Assembly: GCA_965222115.1 (NCBI GenBank)
Contig: CBDCTJ010000006.1
Span: forward strand, 1-48,116
Origin: Planctomycetota bacterium
Lineage (GTDB): Bacteria; Planctomycetota; PLA2; JAEUHO01
Length of the DNA: 48,116 bases
Direction: 5' to 3'
Under the pieces are notes generated by a model. The model was not told where the DNA came from, ran no database searches, and saw only the letters and a program-made list of their open reading frames with translations. This document shows, piece after piece, positions 1 to 7,672 of the stretch. Position numbers and translations under genes: made by a program. The number at the start of each line of letters is the position of its first letter. Position 1 is the first letter of the stretch.

Positions 1-239
1 CGTTCTACAATCAAATTTTTATTCTGGAGCTTCAGAACTTCGATTTGATTAAGTAGAGTATCTCGCTCGCCATCTGACATACCTTCTTTATTCCTACGTT
101 TGCGATCAGTCGCAAGACGTTCGGAGACGATTCTGTCGATGTCAGCTTGTGTGAAAGTTTTTTCCCCCTGTACACCCCCGGGGTTCGGGTTAGGTGGATT
201 ATTTCCACCACCAGAAGTTTTTTCCTTTTCAGGTGGCAT
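1..239 (-). CDS. Capsid scaffolding protein, N-terminal part (continues across the origin into 48116..47558)
   Basis: ATG at 239 with upstream GAAAGG; translates MPPEKEK...KTFTQADIDRIVSERLATDRK, a typical scaffold (DUF4355-like) motif; open to base 1 and in frame with the ORF at the window end. Confidence 0.85.
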   Translation of the reverse strand, partial: MPPEKEKTSGGGNNPPNPNPGGVQGEKTFTQADIDRIVSERLATDRKRRNKEGMSDGERDTLLNQIEVLKLQNKNLIVE

Positions 240-297
240 TTCTGTATTACCTTTCAGTCATATCCGGTTAAATTATCAGTCTAGCATTGACTATTTG

Positions 298-621
298 CTA
301 GGCCTTCTGATACCAAATAATAGTCTCAAGATCGACCGCTGACAAATCAGTAGCAGCTGCTACTTCAACACCAGTACTCGGTACAATACACAAGACCTTT
401 TGGTTAGCAACATCAGCTTTAAAAGCTTTGTCACCTTGAGCTAGACACATAATTTGAACAATTGTGTGCCCGGTCAAATCGCTATGAATGTCAGCAAGAT
501 CGAATCCACCTGTTGCATAAGAGGCAGGTCCATTAGCCGTACCTAGCCATCGCATAAGTGAAGATCCCTCAATACCGCCCAGATCATAATCTTGACCATC
601 GAAGTGTACAGCAGTAGCCAT
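298..621 (-). CDS. Small virion protein, probable head decoration protein
   Basis: 107 aa, beta-rich with GPASYATGG motif; lies between portal and scaffold. Confidence 0.55.
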   Translation of the reverse strand: MATAVHFDGQDYDLGGIEGSSLMRWLGTANGPASYATGGFDLADIHSDLTGHTIVQIMCLAQGDKAFKADVANQKVLCIVPSTGVEVAAATDLSAVDLETIIWYQKA

Positions 622-633
622 TCTTCGAGTCTC

Positions 634-2442
634 CTAGGCCTGATTTGCAGCCTGTTGTTGTTCCTTAGCTTTACGTCGTTCTTCTGGCGTCGGCTGCTTC
701 TCCGGACGTCCCGACGGCTTGTCTGATGAATTAGTTGATTCTTCTTCAACGTGTTCAACAGCAAAAGTTTCTCTATCTTCTCTAATCTTGGTAAGAGCTT
801 TACGTGCTTCCTCGTCAGAAACACTAGGATTAAATATTTTATAAACTTCTACAGGACCTACTATACCACATTTAACTTTAAAATTCAAAGTAGCAAGTCC
901 TTGAGGTGAAGTTGAGTCTGTCATACCTTTAAGATTAGCAATAGTTTTCTCGGCTTCTGGTCCTTCTTCTAAAACTTCTTCAATAATCATTCTTGTTACA
1001 CCTTTAACTACCTCAGCAGGTACATAAGGTGCTTTATCCAGATCAACTAATAGTGATATTTTTTCACGTAACGTTTTAGTATCAAATACACGTGAGTATT
1101 TTACATGTATGTCCTTATCATTAACATGAGGTGTCTTAAAACTTGCAACCATACTAAGTACACATCGTTCTACAATTTCCATAGCTTCTGCCATAGATTC
1201 TAGAACTTGATCCATACTCTCTGAATCTTTTTCTTTCTTAGAGGCAGCTTCTGCTACTCTTTTCTGAAGTGGCTCACCAGATTGCTCCATATGAGCCATT
1301 CGATGAATTTCTTTAACTTCGTTGAACAAAGCATTCATAATAGAACGTGCTTGTTCAGGTTCTGCTCCTGTTGTATGAACTTTTGCTTCTGTACTAGGTA
1401 AGAAAATTATAGTTTGAGTGCCAAATTTAACGTCGTCGGCATCATTAGAGCCTATACCTGAAATGTAAGTTTGAGAAAATGTATTATTGTATAGTTCTTC
1501 ATAAAGAAGGCCGACGAGATTTAAAACTGTTTTGTTAGCTTCTGCAATATCTTCTGCAACACCTTTGCCACTAAAAGTTTCTACACAGAAAAACGGAACT
1601 TTGTCATAACCATGCTCTATAGCTTTCTGAGGTACAAGTGTAAAGCCAGGTTTAGGTATTGTAATAGCTTTACCATCTGTAGAAGGCATACCGGTTACTA
1701 CACCAGCTTCCATTACATCATCAGCAGATTTAGTTTGTGCAGGTTTCCATATTGTAACTGTTTTAGAATTCCATTCGTGATACTCATGTCGAATTTCAGC
1801 TGGTTGAGCAAACCCAGACTTTTTGTAAACTTCATGATGAATTACAATTCTAGTAACTTGACCTTCTCGGTCTAATTCAAAATCTACTATATTAGCATGA
1901 GAAACTGATACTAAGTAAGGTGTTCTTGTATCATTAGCAATGGTACGAACTGTACCATCTTCTGCTCTAGGAAGGTCCACGCCTACCCAATGTCTACCAA
2001 TCAAAGTAGCTTTTATCAGTACATTTTTCATAAATGCGTGGAGCGAAGAGCCACGCCTGTCTACGTTTTTAGTCCACTTAACGAACTCTTTCCTTTTAGA
2101 TCGCTGAGGCGGGGTGGACATAACGTAATTAGCAAACGAATCAACTATAGGTCCTACGTAATTTCTATACGTAGTTAGTCTTTTACGTCGCTGGTATCTA
2201 ACTTCTGATTCGCGCTCGTGTTTTACAAAAACAGGTTCTCCAGATCTGTCAACAGCATGTTTGAATGCCGGCCCTCCTTTGTAACACGCTTCCAGGAAAA
2301 GCACTCTAGATAACTGATCTTTGTAACCAGGATAGTAATGTGCTCCAGTAAGTGCTGGTATACGTGCAGAAATAGGCCCAATACTTCCCTTCTCTGACTC
2401 AGGGACAAATCCAAGTATATTATGGGCCGTATCTAAAGGCAC
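634..2442 (-). CDS. Portal protein
   Basis: Directly after terL; CYKGG...RYQRRK...YRNYVGPIVD and NVDRRG motifs typical of SPP1/DUF4055-like portals. GTG at 2442 has CAGGAG 6 nt upstream, preferred over TTG 2484. Confidence 0.85.
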   Translation of the reverse strand: MPLDTAHNILGFVPESEKGSIGPISARIPALTGAHYYPGYKDQLSRVLFLEACYKGGPAFKHAVDRSGEPVFVKHERESEVRYQRRKRLTTYRNYVGPIVDSFANYVMSTPPQRSKRKEFVKWTKNVDRRGSSLHAFMKNVLIKATLIGRHWVGVDLPRAEDGTVRTIANDTRTPYLVSVSHANIVDFELDREGQVTRIVIHHEVYKKSGFAQPAEIRHEYHEWNSKTVTIWKPAQTKSADDVMEAGVVTGMPSTDGKAITIPKPGFTLVPQKAIEHGYDKVPFFCVETFSGKGVAEDIAEANKTVLNLVGLLYEELYNNTFSQTYISGIGSNDADDVKFGTQTIIFLPSTEAKVHTTGAEPEQARSIMNALFNEVKEIHRMAHMEQSGEPLQKRVAEAASKKEKDSESMDQVLESMAEAMEIVERCVLSMVASFKTPHVNDKDIHVKYSRVFDTKTLREKISLLVDLDKAPYVPAEVVKGVTRMIIEEVLEEGPEAEKTIANLKGMTDSTSPQGLATLNFKVKCGIVGPVEVYKIFNPSVSDEEARKALTKIREDRETFAVEHVEEESTNSSDKPSGRPEKQPTPEERRKAKEQQQAANQA

Positions 2443-2508
2443 TACCAGCTCCTGCGAAGCTTCGCTCGCAGATAAATAATACAACCTGGTAGTTGTAATT
2501 CTTACTGG

Positions 2509-4200
2509 TTACGCTTTAATCCCGAACGGAGCAGGTATTTTAACAGTTTGTGCTATGGATGCGTAATTTGCAGCATGACGCCAATGATCGGGGCGTTTCA
2601 TGTTATCCCACACGTATACTTCAGATCCATTATTACGAACTTCTTTAATTCTGGCAACACAAGTTAAATGTTTGACTATTTGACCTGACATTTTAGACAT
2701 AGTATTAGACGGAAGTTCTACTTTTTTATTAGCTATTCTAGCATGACTTATGTCCATACTAATAGTACGGTCTGCTTTAAGAATACGTTCTTTCCAATCT
2801 CTCTTAGGATTTTTTAGTCCATGGTATTCATAATCACATCGCCATACGCGACCATAAGACCATCGTTCTGCGAATTCCTTAGACTTACGACTTTCAGGTC
2901 TTGCATCAATAACGCAACATTGAACATTAAATTGTTTCATAAGCAAATCTAAAGTTTCAAAGTCTTTACAAAAATCAACCTTTAAAACACGACAAGGGAG
3001 ATCCCCTGGTTGTATTTCTTCGATCCAGTAGTGTAGCATAGTTCCAACGTCCACGCCCATGACTGTCCTGTGTGACCCCAGTATATAATCCATGTCACGG
3101 TGGGATCCAACTGCTCTATATACAGCTTCACGGGTAAGTTGTGTATTTGCGGAGGAGTATGCAATTCCAAGGTCGTAATTAAAGAATTGCTGCATTTGTG
3201 TTTCGTCTTGTTTTCCTTTTTCAAATGTTTCAAAAAGCTCATAGAGTGGATATGTGGGATCCATAACTTTGCTGAGGTGGAAGCCAATTGTACGTGCGCC
3301 AGGATTTTCTTCAAACCATTGACCCGTTCCTCCTCTGTCCATTTCGCTCCCACAAGAGCGACAATAACATTTGATGTCTCTTTTGGAGTGCGAGTGCCAA
3401 TTTTTATCAATGAGTTCCCAGTATGACCAATCTTGCTCGTTTTCTTTATGTCCTGAAGGTGCTTTAAGGATATTTCCGAAGAATTTGAGCTGTTGCCAAT
3501 TCCCACAGTTGTTGCATTTTGTATACCACTCCATTTTGTTTGAGGATTCAAAATCACGATGTAGTCCTCCAGCTTCAATTGTAGGGTTACCCAATTTAAT
3601 ATGAATACGCATACTGCCTGGACCTTTTAAACGGTCTTTAGCAATAGGGATATTTGTTTGGTCGCAAGCATCTGCTTCATCAATAACTACCATATCAGCA
3701 GGGTACTCAACAAACTCTGTTGATACATTTGAACCTACAACTTTAATAACTCCACCACCAAAGTGTTTCATACCCTTAGTTTTAGCACCACCTTTAGTTC
3801 GTTTTAGTAATTCTTGATAATATGGAATTTGCGTAATAGGTTTATCAATGCGGTTAGCTACAAAAGTATACTTCAAATCAAATTTGGGTAAAACATACAA
3901 AATAGCACGACTGTACTCACCAGCATATGACAGTAACGCACATATAGCCCACTCTGAAATACCCATTTGTACGCACTTTTTGATAACAATGTTAAGACCA
4001 TTTTCACTAATTAAGTCTGGTCTAGGTAATGCTTTGTACATTGCTAGTAAGTATGGCCTAGAATTGAAATCCATAGGCTGCCCACGCGTATTTAAATGGT
4101 ACTGTCTAGCAAACCTTAGTGCAGGAAATTTAGCATTCTCTCTACGTATTAACTCACGTTTAAGCGCTATTTTTTTAGCCAAATCTGCTTTATTAATCAT
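2509..4200 (-). CDS. terL: Terminase large subunit, lambda GpA-like
   Basis: KCVQMGISE (GpA-type Walker A), VVIDEAD Walker B, CNNC/CRSC zinc pair, C-terminal nuclease motifs MGVDVG and PDHWRHA. Confidence 0.93.
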   Translation of the reverse strand: MINKADLAKKIALKRELIRRENAKFPALRFARQYHLNTRGQPMDFNSRPYLLAMYKALPRPDLISENGLNIVIKKCVQMGISEWAICALLSYAGEYSRAILYVLPKFDLKYTFVANRIDKPITQIPYYQELLKRTKGGAKTKGMKHFGGGVIKVVGSNVSTEFVEYPADMVVIDEADACDQTNIPIAKDRLKGPGSMRIHIKLGNPTIEAGGLHRDFESSNKMEWYTKCNNCGNWQQLKFFGNILKAPSGHKENEQDWSYWELIDKNWHSHSKRDIKCYCRSCGSEMDRGGTGQWFEENPGARTIGFHLSKVMDPTYPLYELFETFEKGKQDETQMQQFFNYDLGIAYSSANTQLTREAVYRAVGSHRDMDYILGSHRTVMGVDVGTMLHYWIEEIQPGDLPCRVLKVDFCKDFETLDLLMKQFNVQCCVIDARPESRKSKEFAERWSYGRVWRCDYEYHGLKNPKRDWKERILKADRTISMDISHARIANKKVELPSNTMSKMSGQIVKHLTCVARIKEVRNNGSEVYVWDNMKRPDHWRHAANYASIAQTVKIPAPFGIKA

Positions 4201-4255
4201 TGGAAGTACGTAACCTATACAAAATGCAACGACAGTATACGATATGCTTTAGATG

Positions 4256-4765
4256 CTATTGCGAAGCGTCTAAAGTACTGTTCAGTTGCTTTTGTTCGCG
4301 TATCGCAACTTTTAAAGCTTTGTTTCTAGCTTCATTGGCTCTTTCGTTAGTTCGCCATGTTTCAGAATGGCGATGGTTATTACTGTAAGTACAGTAGTAT
4401 TCTACGCCAGCTTGATGCAACATTCTAGCACAATTTCCGCAAGGCATACGAGTAATGTAAGCGGTCCCACCTTTAAGAGATACTCCGTGACGAGCAGCAT
4501 GGGCAATGGCATTAGCTTCTGCATGTACACAAGGGCATATATTGTAACTTTTGCCGCCGTGTAAGCCTAATTTATCTCGCATACACTCTTGCATATCATC
4601 ACATTCACCACGCATAGGCCCGTTATAACCCATAGCTAATATAACGCCACTAGAATCTGCTATAACACAACCTGTTTTGCCACCAGGACAAACTGATCTG
4701 TCCTGACACAACGATTCTGCAATATTTAGCATTGTTCTTGGAATTGATTGTCTCACGTCTTCCAT
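4256..4765 (-). CDS. dCMP deaminase family protein
   Basis: GYNG, HAEANA and PCGNC zinc-deaminase motifs. Confidence 0.92.
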   Translation of the reverse strand: MEDVRQSIPRTMLNIAESLCQDRSVCPGGKTGCVIADSSGVILAMGYNGPMRGECDDMQECMRDKLGLHGGKSYNICPCVHAEANAIAHAARHGVSLKGGTAYITRMPCGNCARMLHQAGVEYYCTYSNNHRHSETWRTNERANEARNKALKVAIREQKQLNSTLDASQ

Positions 4766-5076
4766 TATCCTGTATTTGTAGTGTTAAACCTAAAATTAGG
4801 TCCATTTAGTAGTGTGTTCATTAAACTAATTACTTGGTTTTTAGTCATTACAAATACTTCAGTAGGACTACCTGGATCTATGCTTTTAGCACCTTCTACA
4901 AAAACAACTTCTATAGTTTCGTCGTCGTGAAAGTAATATTGCAGCCTACGTTCGCGATCAGTTAAATCACCTCCACAAAATTCTAATCCTGGCGAGTGTA
5001 AAGACGAACCTTTTAGTACTCTAGTATCAGAACCTACTGCACTAAGCTCATCAAAAATTTCATCAGAGATTGGCAA
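4765..5076 (-). CDS. Hypothetical protein
   Basis: 103 aa; TAATG overlap with the deaminase start. Confidence 0.6.
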   Translation of the reverse strand: MPISDEIFDELSAVGSDTRVLKGSSLHSPGLEFCGGDLTDRERRLQYYFHDDETIEVVFVEGAKSIDPGSPTEVFVMTKNQVISLMNTLLNGPNFRFNTTNTG

Positions 5077-5866
5077 GGCGTTTCTCCTCTACTGCAGCTC
5101 TTTCAAGCCACACGTTTAACCATCTATACAGTTTAGTACCTTTTTGTGCTCTACCAATTTGTTTAAGGTATCTAGCATAAACTTCTGCAAAAGAATTTTC
5201 AATGTGACCTCCTACACTTAGAGGAGGCGGTGCTTCACTTCTACGATAGTAATGTTCTGCCCATTCAAGTTCCCACTTTTTAGCTACTTGCAATTCAGTC
5301 CATGTTTTATACTTAGGAGGAACTTCATCTAGCCATGGCCAAACGAATTCTTTATCGTCTAATTTGTTTAAACCTTGCTTAGTAATTCCACCAGTATTAG
5401 TAAGCACACGATCTACCATAGCATTACCAGGAGGTATTATTATACCCGTAATGTACTTATAGTCATCTCTTGGCGTAAGTATACGGCTGTCCTGATAGTT
5501 TTGTATTTTAAGCTGTCCAGCAGAATAGTAATATCCTGCCGGATCTCTTCGAGCTCTTGCTCTTGTTTCTTTCGCGTACATGTACCAGTATAAGAACAAT
5601 GCACCTCGTCGCCATTTCCATCTGGCATAGGAACCAGCTCGAAACCGCCCTCTGGTATTAGTAGCCACCCATATGGGGTACACTTTTCTTGCTGCTTCAT
5701 CTAGTGTACATTTCCAAACCTTTCCTGGATGAGCGCTAGGAAGATCTATATAAGGAGGACCTTTAGGACGAGGAGGTTGCGGGAGTGCTTTTGTTATTGG
5801 AAGTGGTTTTAGTGTCCTTTTCTTTTCATGCCTTTTTGGAGGAACTATTTTAGGAGGACGCCCCAT
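5063..5866 (-). CDS. Hypothetical basic, Trp/Tyr-rich protein
   Basis: ATG at 5866 overlaps the TS-like stop (TAATG); N-terminal GRPPK basic/Pro-rich segment. Confidence 0.7.
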   Translation of the reverse strand: MGRPPKIVPPKRHEKKRTLKPLPITKALPQPPRPKGPPYIDLPSAHPGKVWKCTLDEAARKVYPIWVATNTRGRFRAGSYARWKWRRGALFLYWYMYAKETRARARRDPAGYYYSAGQLKIQNYQDSRILTPRDDYKYITGIIIPPGNAMVDRVLTNTGGITKQGLNKLDDKEFVWPWLDEVPPKYKTWTELQVAKKWELEWAEHYYRRSEAPPPLSVGGHIENSFAEVYARYLKQIGRAQKGTKLYRWLNVWLERAAVEEKRLANL

Positions 5867-6759
5867 TACCAACCAATACCTTCATGTGAAAAGTTATAAG
5901 GCTGCATAAATCCATGATCTGCATGTTTGTAGTCGCCGTTTAGTACATTAAGCAATGGATTTAGCGAAGGTACTATATTGTGGTTAAAAGTTTGGAATTC
6001 TAGAATATCATCTAGTTGATTGTTAAGACCTATACTAAAAGCATCACTAATCATAGGAGTACTTTCAATAGCATAACTTGTACGAAGTTTTGGTAAAATA
6101 TCTTCAGTATTTGATTCATACTTTGTATAAAGATGCATAGAGCCAGCTATATGAGTATAAGTTCCTATATCAACAGCAAGATAGTTTGCAATCATTTGTT
6201 GCCAAAGAGTAAACGTAAACATATCGTATGGCATACCTAAATATGCATCATTAGATCTCATATAGGTAGTTGCATGCAATTGTCCGTTACGTACTTGATA
6301 TTGTAAAGTCATTGTGCAAGGTGGTGTACCAGGATGCCTATAGCGAGGTAAATTTCCACAACTTGGACTTAATACTGCGCGTCTTGTATTGGAATTAATT
6401 GAAAGGTCATTTACTACTAAGTATAAGTCTGGGAACACTGATGGTCCATACGCCCAATAAGCATATTCAGTTTGATCTTGGTCTGCCACAAATTTAGTTA
6501 TTCCTTTAGAGTATGCCTTTAAGAAATCAACATCATTGCGTGGACACAAATTCCACAATGACTCAGCAAGTGCATACCTATAGTTAAATCGTCTTTCCAC
6601 ACATGAAATTAAATTATACTGTGGACTATGTACTTTAATAGCATAGTTAATTATTTCCCTAACAGTACCTAGTCTAGATTCTTGTTTTTGTGGCAATAAG
6701 AGTTGCTTAAGTGTCTGTTTGTACGCATCTGTTATTGTATCAACTGAAATACAATGCAT
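5866..6759 (-). CDS. Thymidylate synthase superfamily enzyme, dCMP hydroxymethylase/methylase-like
   Basis: AYG, TRRAV, PPC (catalytic Cys), MRSND, GMPYD, GSMHLY motifs; Asp at the pyrimidine-specificity position; GGAGG RBS. Confidence 0.88.
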   Translation of the reverse strand: MHCISVDTITDAYKQTLKQLLLPQKQESRLGTVREIINYAIKVHSPQYNLISCVERRFNYRYALAESLWNLCPRNDVDFLKAYSKGITKFVADQDQTEYAYWAYGPSVFPDLYLVVNDLSINSNTRRAVLSPSCGNLPRYRHPGTPPCTMTLQYQVRNGQLHATTYMRSNDAYLGMPYDMFTFTLWQQMIANYLAVDIGTYTHIAGSMHLYTKYESNTEDILPKLRTSYAIESTPMISDAFSIGLNNQLDDILEFQTFNHNIVPSLNPLLNVLNGDYKHADHGFMQPYNFSHEGIGW

Positions 6760-6791
6760 GGTTACCTCCGGTTCGATTCATTACGCATTGT

Positions 6792-6800
6792 ATTATAGCA
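6792..6800 (-). promoter_or_regulatory. Extended -10 promoter (TGcTATAAT) for the TS-like operon
   Basis: TGn-TATAAT about 33 nt upstream of the 6759 start codon. Confidence 0.65.
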
Positions 6801-6833
6801 TAAGGAACTTAACGGAATTTCCACTAAGTCAGT

Positions 6834-7274
6834 CTAATCTACTGAAGTATCAAAGTTTCCAGCCGGGAACTGCGGCTGCACACCAAGATAAATATCTAAT
6901 GCTCTCGCTAGTGCTCCAAACCAAATTAGGTTACCAGTACCAGAAGCATCTGTACCAATTCCGTAATGAGTAGCTGTTTCAACACCAGCAGTAGCAGCAG
7001 CAAACGAAATGATACCAAAATTATCAGCTACATTTCCAGCAACTGTAAAACCTGCAGAAGTTCTAGCTACAGCCACGCGAGCATACGGTGTATATGTACA
7101 CTCATTAGTAGATTGATCACCAGATTCACCTGGATCAGCAGTATGGAGTGAAATGTAAAATGATCCAGCAACTGCACTAGGTTGTATTCCTGATGCATCT
7201 CCAATGTTAGCCCAAGCTACATTATTAAACAACAAATTCAACATTGCTGTTTCAGCAGCATTTGTAAGACTCAT
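6834..7274 (-). CDS. Small virion fibre/appendage subunit
   Basis: 146 aa; YISLHTADPG...YARVAV...THYGIG...GNLIWFGAL pattern common in phage fibre-associated proteins. Confidence 0.7.
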   Translation of the reverse strand: MSLTNAAETAMLNLLFNNVAWANIGDASGIQPSAVAGSFYISLHTADPGESGDQSTNECTYTPYARVAVARTSAGFTVAGNVADNFGIISFAAATAGVETATHYGIGTDASGTGNLIWFGALARALDIYLGVQPQFPAGNFDTSVD

Positions 7275-7285
7275 ATTAACTCCGA

Positions 7286-7672
7286 TTACGTTGTAGGACC
7301 GAGACGCAATGGTTCTAAGGTTACGTCACCTGTTCCCAAACAGCGTTCTTCTTTAGGTGTAACTGAGGTATCAGTATAGATCACATCGCATTGAAACTTA
7401 ATTTCATCTGTCTGACCGTCAGGTGAAATGTCAGTTAAAAACCACCACCTGAATATACCATTCGATCTGTTTTCCCAGGTACCGTGATCTGGATTACTAG
7501 TATTTCTAATAAAGGTAACAACTTTAGACCCATACTCGCGAAACCGCCACGTGATGATCCGTGCAGGATCAGTCATGTCGATAGCCACGCCATTCTTAGT
7601 CACAGACATTAACCATTCCCAAGTAGTCAGTCTATGAATGGTCCAGTAAAATTTCTTCTTATCGTGACTCAT
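7286..7672 (-). CDS. BppU N-terminal-like Ig-fold adaptor
   Basis: 128 aa; GVAIDMT, NGIFRW, FQCDV, GTGDVTL strand pattern; follows the repeat protein. Confidence 0.5.
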   Translation of the reverse strand: MSHDKKKFYWTIHRLTTWEWLMSVTKNGVAIDMTDPARIITWRFREYGSKVVTFIRNTSNPDHGTWENRSNGIFRWWFLTDISPDGQTDEIKFQCDVIYTDTSVTPKEERCLGTGDVTLEPLRLGPTT

